Position numbers and translations under genes: made by a program. DNA of 64,000 bases from Hypanus sabinus (Eukaryota). Each line of letters begins with the position of its first letter. Position 1 is the stretch's first letter. The notes beneath the pieces are model-generated. The model ran no database searches, was not told the origin of the DNA, and saw only the letters and a program-made list of their open reading frames with translations. Where the stretch lies: positions 39,432,001 to 39,496,000 of the forward strand of contig NC_082707.1 of the NCBI RefSeq assembly GCF_030144855.1. The letters are read 5' to 3'. Below, piece by piece: positions 49,957-62,035 of the stretch.

Positions 49957-50285
49957 TTCAAAGTAAATTTTATTATTGAAGTACATGTCACCATATACAA
50001 CCCTGAGAATAATTTTCTTGTGGGCATACTCAGCAAATCTATACAGTAACTCTAACAGGATCAATGAAAGATCAACCAGAATGCAGAAGACAACAAAATG
50101 TGCAAATGCAAATATAAATAAATAGCAATAAATAACAACATGAGATAAAGAGTCCTTAAATGAGATAATTGGTTGTAGGAATATTTCAATGATAGGACAA
50201 GTGAGTGTAGTTATCCCCTTTTGTTCAAGAGCTTGATGGTTGAAGGGTAGTAATTGTTCTTGTACCTGGTGGTGTGAGTCTTCTA
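49957..50285 (-). mobile_element. Rex-Babar LINE 3'UTR/tail
   Basis: Shared tail (ATTCTCAGGGTTGTATATGGTGACAT..AATAAAATTTACTTTGAA on minus); other tail copies at ~8800, 13830, 19535, 32055, 38215, 60115. Confidence 0.75.
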
Positions 50286-50448
50286 AAAGTGGCTGCACAT
50301 ACTTGTTTAAGTTAAATGTTCTCTCATTTACAGCTGGAGATAACATAAGCATCATACAATTTAAGGATGGATGCTCAACACAAGTTTGATCATCATTATA
50401 ACATTATTGGTTGTTTGAATATTTGCACATTGTTTCATTAATCTTATG

Positions 50449-50860
50449 TACAAGTGTCCCCTGCTTTCTGAATGTTCGCTTTATGACGTTTCACTTTTAT
50501 GAAAGACCTACATTAGTACCTGTTTTTGCTAACCGAAAGAGGATTTTTGCTTTTACGAGAAAAGATGCCCGTTTTAAACTTGTGTTTACTCTGAGAAAGA
50601 CTACCATGACCATGAAGCCTTGTGCGGGCAAGTGTGTGCGCATGCATGTACGTGCGCACGCATATACATGCTGATTTTTTTTCTACTAATCGGTTTTGGC
50701 TCAATCTTCCCGATTCTGGTAAGTGAAACTATACTGTACATACATTATATTTTATATAGGCTGTGTATTTATCCTATCATTCTTGCTTTTAATGTATGTT
50801 AGTGTTATTTTAGGTTTTATTTGGTATGATTTTGTAGGTTATTTTTTTGGGTCTGGGAAC
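50449..50860 (+). mobile_element. Probable Tigger-like MITE fragment
   Basis: TA|CAAGTGTCCCCTGCTTTCTGAATGTTCGC terminus; partner TIR not found. Confidence 0.45.
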
Positions 50861-51589
50861 GCTCTACCTTCGGATAGTGGGGGAAACCTGTACATTGAAA
50901 CAGTGAAATATAATTTGCATTAACAGCCAATGCAATCTAACTATGTCATGGGGGCAACCCGCAGTTGTTACCACACATACCTGTGCCAACTTATCATGCT
51001 AAAGATGTTCAGCAGAACAACATGGAACACACAAGCAATAAAAACAACAGTAAGACAAACCCCATTCCTCCCACCTGCACACGCACTTCCCCAACCCCAA
51101 GACAGGCTATCTTCAACTTCTAGCGACCCCATGGATTCAGACATTGGGCTTCGACTTCCCTAATGGACTCTCAGGTCAAGGCTTTGAGACTTCCAATTGA
51201 TCTTTGGACTTTGATCTTTGGTGTTGACCCAAGCATTCACCAGTGTTGACAAATGAGGACCCCAAACACTAAGCCTTGAACTCCAGTCTCGCTGATTCGC
51301 ATACCTAGTGTGTCAACTGTCCGCGTGCCTCCTGCCTGTGTGGAGCTCCGATTCCAGAATCTGCTACCAATTCGCTGATCAGTGGGGAGCCACCAACTCT
51401 TGTCCTCACTGGTCTACTAGGCTGATGTCTAACTATGGATATCCCATGTTCATGTCATTGGTCTTCGAATCCAGGGTATTGGACAAGACACTTGCCTGAC
51501 CTCAAATTCCCCCGTATCTCTTCTTGGCTATTTTGTATTAGGTCTTCAAGCCAAATATGGGAAATGTTTAGTGAAACTTGTTGAGATGT

Positions 51590-52005
51590 CAATGTCAGAA
51601 ACAGGCCCTTTGGTCCATCTAGTCTGTGCTGACCTGGTTTTCTACCTACAGCTGGACCATAGTCCTCCATACCCCTCTCAACTATGTACCTATCCAAACT
51701 TCTATAAAATGTTGTAATTGAACCCATATCCACCACTTCAGCTGGCAGCTTGTTCCACACTTGCACCACCCTCTGAAGAAATTTTCTTTCATGTTTCCCT
51801 TAAATATTTCACCTTTCTCCCTAAACTTATGACCTCTAGTCTCCCCTAACTCAGAGGGGAAAAAGTCTGTACGTGTTTATCTGTACCCCTCACAATTTTG
51901 TATACCTCTAAGATCTCCCCTCATTCTTCTATGCTCTGGGGGATAAACCTTTCAACCTTTTCCTATGACTCGTCCTCAAAGTTCTGGCGGCATCCTTGCA
52001 AATTT
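51590..52005 (-). mobile_element. CR1 3' end
   Basis: VWNKLPAEVV...GMEDYG motif and tail. Confidence 0.75.
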
Positions 52006-52729
52006 AGATAAATTTAATATTTAAAATTTAAATAATTGATCTTAACACTTTGGATACTGGGACTAGATCTTCAATCTAATCAAAACAAACTGAAGGGATG
52101 AGGTGTAAATTGGCTGTGCTAGACTTTAAGGGTATTACAGGAAATGCCAGCTAACACAGATTTCAGAAACATACAAGATGTTATTTTTGACTATGCTATG
52201 AAGCTTATTCTTCTGTGTTTTTGGTTATAATCTTCAAAAATTTTAGATTCTACAGCAATTCCCACATATTGGAAGACAGCAAATGATTTTGAGTGGAGGG
52301 AAAGAGGAAGTGAGGAACCAATTATTCTGACCTCTTAATAGGGAAAATGACAATCTCTTACTAAGAAAGCAGTAACAGGACACTTAATAGGGTTGGGCAA
52401 AGTATGAAAAGTAAAAATTAGATAAATCTTAGATTCTTGTTAGCCACTAGTTCCATTGGCCTAACTTAGCTATCATGCATTTCAGTTATCAGAAAACCTT
52501 TGAAGTGCCACAGGATATTAAACAAAGTAGCCAATTTCATGTATTTTGTTAATACACTGTAGTGCATTCTGCATGGGTTATTGAATAGAAAATAATAGAA
52601 ATGAACAGCCCATTTACAAGAGTGTATGGGACTAGTCAAGTGCTGCAGGGAATAGTGCTGGTCTCCAGTTGTTCAAAATGTATACCAATGATTTAGATGA
52701 GGTGGTCAAGTTTACTGTTCACCCATTGA

Positions 52730-54110
52730 AAGATTGGTCACCTGGCAGGCTCATTACCTGATACCAGGTCCAGTACAGCACCTCCTTTTGTTGGATTATC
52801 TACATTTGATTAAGAAACCCTCCTGGATGCACCTAACAAAGTCTGCCCCATCTAAACCTCTTGGATTCAGAAGGTCCCAGTTTATATTAGGGAAGTTGAA
52901 GTCCCCCCATGACAACAACCATGTTTTTATACCTTTCCTTAATCTGCCTGCATATTTGTGCTTGATATCCAGATGGCTATTGGAGTGGGTGGTCTGTTGG
53001 ACAATCCCATCAGGGTGATTACACCGTTCCTATAAGTTCAACCGATAGAAACTCTGTGGACAAACCCTCCATTATGTCCCCTCTGAATGCAGCTGTAATA
53101 CTCTCCCTGACTAGTAGTGCAGCACCCCCACCTCATACCTCTAGCTTTTCTAAAACATTGAAATCCTGGGATATTAAGAACCCATTTATGCCCCTCGCTC
53201 AACAAAGTCTCTGTAATGACCACATCATAGTCCCATATACCAATCCATGCTCTAAATTATCTTTACCCACAGTATTCCTAGATTAAAAATACACACACTT
53301 CAAACTGTCCATCCCATCATATCTATTACTTTGCTCCTGTCTTATTGGCCCTGACATCTATCTTCCTGTCCATCCTACTTTCTGACCTGGTGCTCTGGTT
53401 TACATGCCCCTGCCAAATTAGTTTATACTCTTCACAAATAGCTCCAGCAAATCTCCTAGCCAAAATATTGTTTCCCCTCAAGTTTAGGTGCAACCTGTCC
53501 CTCTTGTACAGGTCATCCCTACCCTGGAAAAGTTCCAATTATCCAAGAACCAGAGACTCTATCCCTTGCACCAGTTCATCAGCCACTCATTCATCTGTAC
53601 TATCATCCTATTCCTGCCCTGATGAGCATGTGGTACTGGGAGTAATCCAGAGATTACTACCCTAGAGGTGTACTTTTCAGCTTCTTTCCTAACTCCCTGT
53701 ACTCACTGCGCAGGACCTCCTCCCACTTTCTACCTATGTCATTGGTACCAATGTACACCATGATCTTTGGCTGTTCACCCTCCCTCTTGAGAATCCTGGA
53801 CGCCAGCACCTGAGAGGCAATACGCAATCCTGGCATCTCTTTTGTAGCCACCAAAGCCTCTGTCCCATCCCCCTAACTACCGAACCTCCTTTCACTATTG
53901 TTCTGCCAGATTTCACCCTTCCCTGCTGAGCCTCAGAGCCAGCTGCAGTTCCACTCAGTGCCTGATACTGCTGTTGTGCCCATGTAGGTTATTCCTGCCA
54001 TCCCCAGCAGTTTCCAAAAGGGTATACTTATTGCTGATGGGAATAGCCACAGAGGAACACTGCATAGTATGCTTATTCCCCTTAACTCTCCTGATGGCCA
54101 TTCAACTGCT
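52730..54110 (-). mobile_element. CR1 5' part: ORF1 SGNH-esterase domain and start of the APE endonuclease, degraded
   Basis: IVKGGSVVRG (GDS block), YIGTNDIGRK, DRLHLN; then ITETLL..LNIPGFQCFRK and GDFN. Confidence 0.8.
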
Positions 54111-54849
54111 ACCTGCAGCCTGCACGCTGGGTGTTACGTGACTACCTCAGTAAGTTTCATCTTTGAGGTTTTGGTGCTTGGAAGTTGGGGTAAGTTGTTT
54201 TTTTTTACACAGAGAGTAGTGAGTGTGTGGAATGGGCTGGCGGTGGAGACGGAAACAATATGGGCTTTTAAGAGACTCCAGAATAAGTACATGGAGCTTA
54301 GAAAAATAGAGGGCTATGGGTAAGCCCAGGTAAGGACATGTTTGGCCCAGCTTTGCGGGTCGAAGGGCCTGTATTGTGGTGTAGGTTTTCTATGTTTTTC
54401 AGCCTATGAATGGTCCTCAGTACATCCAGCTCCAGTTTCCTGACCTTGTCAATCAGGAGTTGAAGTTGAATGCACTTCCCCCAATACCATTAGGTACCCT
54501 TCAATCCCACATCTTACAGGAGCATTCCACCACCTTAACTACCATCCTGTCTACACTTGTTATACCTTTGACTTCTCAAGCTTAAGTTCCAGCCTTTGCC
54601 TGTTGAGCCAAAGCCTGACCACTCCAACATTAGCACCCCACTTGCACCTCCTTTCTTTTCATTGGCTCAAATAAAGCTCACTCCCAATGAGACATTCTTT
54701 TCAAATGGCTCCTGCCATGCAATGATGCTGTCCTCTCACTCGCTAATTTGAAGAATGATTCACTCCCAAGGAGACTTGTTTTAAAATTGTTCCTGCTTTG
54801 TAATGACACTACTGTCATACTCACTAATTCAAAGTATAGGTTAACGCAA

Positions 54850-55370
54850 GAACATAGAACATAGGCCCTTCAGCCCACAATGGTGTACTGACCATGTAAC
54901 CTATTCCAGAAACTGCCCAGAATTAGCATACCACATAGCCCTCTATTTTTCTAAACTCCATGTATCTATCTAAGGGTCTCTTAAAAGACCATATTGTATC
55001 TGCCTCCTCCACCATCACCAGCAGTGCGTTCCATGCACTCACCATTCTCTGTGTGGAAAAACTGACTCCTGACATCCCTACTGTACCTGTTTACAAGCAC
55101 CTTAAAATGATGCTCCCTCATGTTAACCGTTTCAGTCCTGGGGAAAAGACTCTGGCTACAACGCGATCAATGCCTCTCATCATCTTATACTCCTCTATCA
55201 GGTCACCTCTCATCATTTCGTTGCTCCAAGGAGAAAAAGGCCAAGTTCACTCAACCTATTCTCATAAGACACACTCTCCAATCCAGGCAACATCCATGTG
55301 AATCTCCTCTGCACTCTTTCATCCTTCCTGTTGAAGTGACCAGAACTGAACACAGTACTCCAAGTCGTTG
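54850..55370 (-). mobile_element. CR1 3' fragment
   Basis: (CATAGAA)n tail and ORF2 end; a short plus-strand CR1 tail also lies at ~54200-54395. Confidence 0.75.
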
Positions 55371-55869
55371 GCATATGCAAGTTCATTCATGGTTATAATG
55401 AAAGGCAACAAGGGACAAAGCATCAAATGACCACCTGCCATCTGAGAGCATAATGGAAATTAATGGACGTGTGAGAGACAGCAGATACATGAAATCAAGA
55501 GTTGGAAATTAGTGGGTCAGACAGCAACCATGGAGGGAATGAAAAGCCAACATTCCAGGCCAATACTATTCACCAGGACTGGAAAGAAAGTGGGGAGATG
55601 GTCAGAGGTGGAATTATTGAGTGATAAGTGTGTCCAAATGAAGTGGGTGATTGTGGTGGATAGGCAGCTGAGGGAGGGTTGATTGTGGGAATGATCTGAG
55701 TAGACAGGTGTTAAAGATAAAGGGCTGTGGAAGATGAAATCTTGAAGAGGACAATGTCCAATAAATAAAAGGAATAAAATGGATGTGGGGGGAACCTAAG
55801 GGTGGAATCTGTGGGTGAGGGGCAGATTAAGACGGTGGGGTGGGAAAGAGAAGGGGTTATGTCCCAAAT

Positions 55870-56727
55870 GAGAATATCTGCAGATGTTGGAAATCCAAGC
55901 AACACACTCAAAATGCTGGAGGAGCACAGCAGGTCAGGCAGCATCTATGGGAAAAAGTACAGTCAACGTTTCGGGCCAAGGCCTTTTGGCCTTCCACAGA
56001 GATTGTTCCCTACACGACTACCTTGTCCATTCGTTCTTCCCCACTGATCTCCCTCCTGGCACTTATCCTTGCAACACCTGCCTCTAAACCTGATCCCTCT
56101 CTACCATTCAGGGCCCCAAACAGTCCTCCCAGGAGAGGCAACACTTCACCGGTGAGTCTGTTGGGGTAATAAGTGTGGCCTCCTGTATATCAGTGACACT
56201 CGACCTAGACTGGGAGACAGTTTCGCCGAGCACCTATGTGCCGTCTGCCAGAAGAAGTGGGATCTCCCAGAGGCCACCTATCTTAATGCCGCTTACCATT
56301 TCCATTCCGTTATGTCAATCCATGGCCTCCTACTTTCGCGATGAGGTTGCACTCAGGTTTGAGGAACACCACCTTGTATTCTGTCTGGGTAGCCTCCAAC
56401 CTGATAGACTTGCCCGCCCATCGCCTCCCTCTGGTGCTCTGACCCCTTTTCTTTCTTCCATGGCCTTCTGTCTCTAACTATCAGACTTCCCCCTTCCCAA
56501 CCCTGTGACTTTTTCACTGATCAACTTCCCAGCTACTTACTTCATTCCTCCCCTTCCCTGTTTCACCCATTACCTTATGTTTCTCTCTCCCATCCCCCAC
56601 CTTTGAAATCTACTCCTCCCCTTTTTTCCTCCAGTCCTGCTGAAGGGTCTCAGCCCGAAACATCGACTGTACTTTTTCTATAGCTGTTGTTTGGCCTGCA
56701 GAGTTCCACCAGCATTTTGTGTATGTT
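55870..56727 (+). mobile_element. Penelope-like element: GIY-YIG endonuclease remnant between an inverted 5' repeat and a 3' terminal repeat
   Basis: AFHRDCSLHDYLVHS..PPGTYPC, CGLLYI..GDSFAEHL, EEHHLVFCLGSLQPD; 55890-55985 is the reverse complement of 56635-56727. Confidence 0.85.
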
Positions 56728-58592
56728 ATGAGGTAATAGGTGCAGTGGGATAAGGGGTAAAAGGGGGGAGGACAGAGAGAAGCAGTTATCAGAAGTTAAA
56801 GAAATTGATGTTCAGGTTATCAAAATGGAGACTACCTAAGCAAAATATAAGGTGCCATTCCTCTAATCTGTGTCTAGCCTCAACATGGTAGTGGAGGAGG
56901 CCGTGGACGGTTATGTTGGTGTTGAAAATGAACATGGGTGATCAGAATGCCTTTACAATTTTTAATTCCGTAGTTAAGCATAACTTTCCATATATTTTGT
57001 GGTACTTAAAATCCATGCTGTGTCCCTAGTATGTTTCCAGGATCAGATCATAGTAGAATGTACTTGAAAATACAATTGGAAAATTAGGGTATTAGAGAGA
57101 CCAGTGGAAGTTTTCCTGTTGGACTGAAATTCCATGAAAAGAGAATTAGTTATAACACAAGTTCACATAAGTAACAGAAGCAGCAGAGGTAAATCATATC
57201 AAAATCATGAGTTTTAGTCTTTTTTAAAAAAGGAAGTATTCTTTCTGCAGATATTGCCTGGGTTACTGAGAATTTCCACTATTTTCTGTTTATCATCACT
57301 GCCACGGAAGTGGTTCAGAGTAACTACAAGGTGACCTATGTTATTTTTAATCCAACCAAATGCTTTGTGGAATAAAGGCTAAAAAGGTGTCTCAAGGCAC
57401 ACATCTGAATCTTTTAATGTCATACAGGCTTGATGTCCAGAGAAGTACAAGTATTTTGAACCTACATTTGAGAGAATAGCAAATTAACTTGAACTCTCAC
57501 AAGAGCCTTTAGATCTATTTGTGTTCTCCTTGCAAACCTTTTAAATGCCTTAAATTCTAATGTAGGACTTGCATTCAGTTGTCACTACAGTACTGGCTGA
57601 TATTAATGTTCTTTAAAAATAACGTTATTCTGCTGGATTGTTATTACCACTATTATCCTCATGATGGTGCTGTAATCCTCTAGATAACAGTGAAAATATT
57701 TGAACTTTAAGATTGAGAAAAGGTGTGGTACAGTAGAACTCAAATCTCATTTTATCCCCTTATTAAATAAAACATTGAAAAAACTGTGTGGGGGGTGTAG
57801 AGGGATAAGTGGGCATGTGAATACAATTGAGGTCGGCTGGGGGAGGAATAAGCATGGAGGTTGGTAGGTGGCAGGTGAAACCAAGAAAGGAGAGATAACG
57901 GGCAGATGGAACCAAGACCCTGGATGGACTGGTGGGAATGGGAAAAGAACACAGGACTACCTGAAATTAGAAAACTTAAATGTTCATGCCATTGGGCTGT
58001 AAATAGACTTGGATTCAGGATACATTTCATTGTCATCTTAATATTAAATGTTAAAGTGTAAATGATTATTTTCATATTGGTTACACTGGATGCAATACAT
58101 TTAAACAAAGAGTGCAAATATGCTACATTTTCTTCAAATAGTATCTAAAAAAAAAAGTACAAAGATGAACCCTATACTTACAATCAGACATGAACTAACA
58201 ACTTGCTAACAGGTAAATATTAGGTAGGTGTGAACAACAACATACTTGCACAGCAGTGTCATAGCAGTATAAGTAACATTAAACCCTAAGGCAAGAGCAC
58301 AGGGGGATTTGAACAAAAATAGAGAATTTTAAAATTAAGTATTTGCACATCTGAATCACTGAAGAAAATATTGTTACTTCGCATGAATATTAGCATTTTG
58401 CATGAGTTTATAGAGAGTAGATGATTTTGATAGAAAACTTTGGCAGGGGAGTATCAATATGTCACTAAGGACAGGATGTCCTTAGACATCCTGAATGTCC
58501 TGAATAGAAGACAAAATTATAAACTTAGCAGATTCTAAGATAATCGAGCACTATATAAGTTTGACTATTGTAAACTTTATTTCAGCAGCAGC

Positions 58593-59420
58593 TTGGTCAC
58601 CCAAGGCTGTGTGCCTAGCCCCCTGCTCTACTCACTTCATACTTATGACTGTGAGGTGAAGCACGGCTCCAATGGCATATTTAAGTTAACTGATGACACC
58701 ACTGTCATTGGCCGAATCAAAGGCAGTGATGAATCAGCATGTACGAGGGAGATTAAAAGCCTGAGTGAGTGGTGCCACGGCAACCTCTCACTCATTGTCA
58801 GCAAGACCAAGAAGCTGATTATTGACTTCAGAAGGAGAAAACCAGAGGTCCAGGAGCCAGTCCTCATCAGGGGATCAGAGGTGGAGAAGGTCAACAATTG
58901 TACATTCTTTGGTGTGATCATTTCTGAGGTTCTGTTTTGGGTACAGCACATAAGTGCCTTTACAAAGAAAGCATGGCAGCGCCTTGACTTAGAAGTTTGT
59001 GAAGATTTGGTTTGTCATCTAAAACTTTGACAAACTTCTATAGACATGTGGTGGAGAGTTTATTGACTGATTGCATTGTGGCTTGGTATGGAAACACCAA
59101 TGCCCTTGAACAGAAAATCTTATAAAAAGTAGTGGATAAAGCCCTGTTCATTGTGGGTAAAGCCCTCTGCACCATTGAGCACTTGCAGGAAAGCAGCATC
59201 CATCATCAAGGACCCCCACCACCCAGACCATGATCTCTTCTCGCTGCTGACGTCATGGAGAAGATACAAGAGCTTCAGGATCCACACCACCAGGTTCAGG
59301 AAAGGTTACTAACCCTCAACCCATTAGGCTCTTGAACCAGAGAGGGTAACCCCATCACTGAACTCTTCCTACAACCTGTGGACTTGCTTCCAAGGACTCC
59401 AATCATGTTCTCAATATTTA
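58593..59420 (+). mobile_element. Rex-Babar LINE 3' fragment
   Basis: QGCVPSPLLYSLHTYDC, KLTDDTTVIG, VSKTKKLIIDFRR. Confidence 0.85.
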
Positions 59421-59584
59421 TGCACACACAAAATGCTCCAAGTTAATTGGTGAAAGAGATACAGGACTGGAGAAAGGGGAAGTTTGCAAAGATTTAGTCT
59501 GTCATATAAAACTTTGACAAACTTCTATAGATATGGGGTGGAGAATATATTGACTGCTTGCATCATGGCTTGGTATGGAAACAC

Positions 59585-60070
59585 GAGAGATAGGGATCAC
59601 CCCACCAGCCTCAGCAGCCGGCAGGTATTTCTCTGTAACTTCTGCTATCTCTATCAAGGTCCCACCACCAAACATATCTTTCCCATCCACCCACTTTCCG
59701 CTTTCCAGAAGGATCACTCCTTATGTGACTACATTTTCCATTTGTCCCTCCCCACTGATTTCCCTCCTGGCACTTATCCTTGCAAGCGAAACAAGTACTA
59801 CAGCTGCCTCTGCACCTCCTCCCTCACTATCATTCAGGGCCCCAGGAGAGGAGACACTTCACCTGTGAGTTTGTTGGGATCATTTACTGTGTTCGGTGCT
59901 CCAGCTGCGGCCTCCTGTATTTTGATGAGATCTGACATAGACTGGGTGACCGCTTCACCAAGTGCTCCATCTGCCAGAGAAAACAGGATCTCTCAGTCGT
60001 CACCCACTTTAGCTCCACTTCCCATTTCTATTCTGACAACTCAGTCCATGGCCTCCTCTACTGTCACGAT
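59585..60070 (+). mobile_element. Penelope-like GIY-YIG fragment
   Basis: PTTKHIFP..LSAFQKDHSL..PPGTYPCKRNKYYSC. Confidence 0.8.
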
Positions 60071-61699
60071 GAGTTTGGATTCTATTCTGTTCCTCAGATT
60101 TACTGTGTATGCCTGCAAGAAAATGAATCTCAAGGTGATGGGTGACATATGTACTTTGATATTAAATTTATTTGAACTTTGAGTCCATTACTATTCACTA
60201 CATCAATTCACTACTGATTCTACAACACCATAAATCCAGAATTTTACTGGCATGTCAATTACTGTCATTTTCCAGAGTGTGGTTAACCAAACTAAATCAT
60301 CTGGTTTGCTCTTCTGCCAGGCAATTTTTGTACTAATGCTATCACAAACTTTTTTGTTAGCCACAGTTATGTCACTTATTTATTTTATTACTAGGCAAAA
60401 ATGTGCAACTATTGTTACTTTTGTTCTTTAAATATTCATCGACTATCCTCCAGTGTCTTTTAATAAAGTTACCCAATCTATTATAGCAACATGCTCTTCA
60501 TATCTTCCATTGTTCTGAATTTAACTATTTCACTTTCCATCTTAATGAAGAATTCCATCATACTGTGGTCATCCAAGACAAGAATATTAATTAAGAATAC
60601 TATCTCTTCTTTCAGTTAGTCCTGACGAAGGGTCTCAGCCAGAAACTTCGACTGTACTTCTTCCTATAGATGCTGTCTGGCTTGCTGCGTTTCACCAGCG
60701 TTTTATATATGTTGGTTGTATTAATTAACACTTTTTGATTGTACAATACCTAGTCTAGGATAGCTTGTTTCCTTGTTGATTGCTCAATCTTAATCCCTAA
60801 AATCCCCCTAATCCAATCTGCGAATTGCTCCTCAACTTTATTAATGCTGATCTAATGTGGTATATTGTTTTGTGCATCTCATTTCCTGCGTGAGGCCCTT
60901 CTCTACATTACCACTATTGTTTAAAGGCTACAGACAACTCCCACCAATGTTTACCACCCCTGGGTATTCTTCAGCTCCATCCAGACTGATACCAAATCTT
61001 AATTTATTGAACTGGTAGCCTCTTTCATTATTACATAATTACTAAAAATTATACTTGGCCCCCTATTTCTTTTATACTTGTCCTTTTAAAATATCGATTA
61101 ACCTTTGAATATTTATCTCTTATTTGGATCATTCTGCGGCCACGTCTACGAAATGACAAACGTTGTATCCGCTATCACTTATTCCATCCATTTTGCTACG
61201 AATGTTCCGCACGTTTCGAAACAGCACTTTTGGGTAAATACCTGGAAGATGTCTGTGGGGTAATGATAGATATAGACGTGGTTGGATGTGATGGCAAATA
61301 AATAAACTGTTTACCTGCTCTGCACGCTTTCTGAATCTGACTCCTGAGGATCCATCTCGGCCCGAAACGTCGACGTTTGTTTATTCCCCTCCATAGATGC
61401 TACCTGACAAGCTGTGTTCCTCCAGCATTTTGTGTTTATTTCTCTGTAATTGATACTTTATTCTGCATTCTGTTACTGAATTACCTCAAAGCACTATACA
61501 GACGGTACGCAAATCAACTTTTCACTGTACCTTGGTATTTGTGACAAGGTTGTCTGTTTGATACAAAAACAAATACCCCCCTAATATTTTGTATTAGTGT
61601 CGTTGGAATCTGTAGCAACAACAAATCTGCTTTTAGAGCTGACGGGTTGAACATCCCCAATAGGAGGGAAAGGCCGGTCGACGTTCAAAGTCGCTCCCC

Positions 61700-61776
61700 A
61701 CTTCCCTCACGTTGTACTTCACACATGCGCAGATGGATCGGGGTTCGTACATGCGCAGTAGTAACCAGATTGTCTA
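61700..61776 (+). promoter_or_regulatory. LRCH3 CpG-rich promoter/5'UTR with two NRF1-like CATGCGCA sites
   Basis: CATGCGCA at 61724-61731 and 61750-61757; CpG-rich to ~62150. Confidence 0.6.
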
Positions 61777-62035
61777 ATGGCGGCGGCGATGTTGATGTCG
61801 GACTGTCAGCTCGGTGTGGCGAGTGGTGGCGGCGGGGGAGGATTAAACGGATTTGATGGCGGAGGAGGCACTGGCCACAACGGCCCCACATCGGGTCAAC
61901 TCCCTTGGAACAGAAGTTTGGAGCGGGCCTTGGAGGAAGCTGCTGCGACCGGAGTGTTGAACTTAAGCGGGAGGAAACTGAAGGAGTTCCCGAGGAGCGC
62001 GGTGAACCAGGACTTGACAGATACTACGCAGTCGG
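61777..62035 (+). CDS. LRCH3: LRCH3 (leucine-rich repeat and calponin homology domain protein 3) coding exon 1
   Basis: WNRSLERALEEAAATGVLNLSGRKLKEFPR..DLTDTT; donor G|gtaagt phase 1; adjacency to FYTTD1 favours paralog 3. Confidence 0.9.

Noticed and set aside
59484-60182. 232-aa novel protein
   Set aside because: Chimera of Rex, Penelope and tail fragments.
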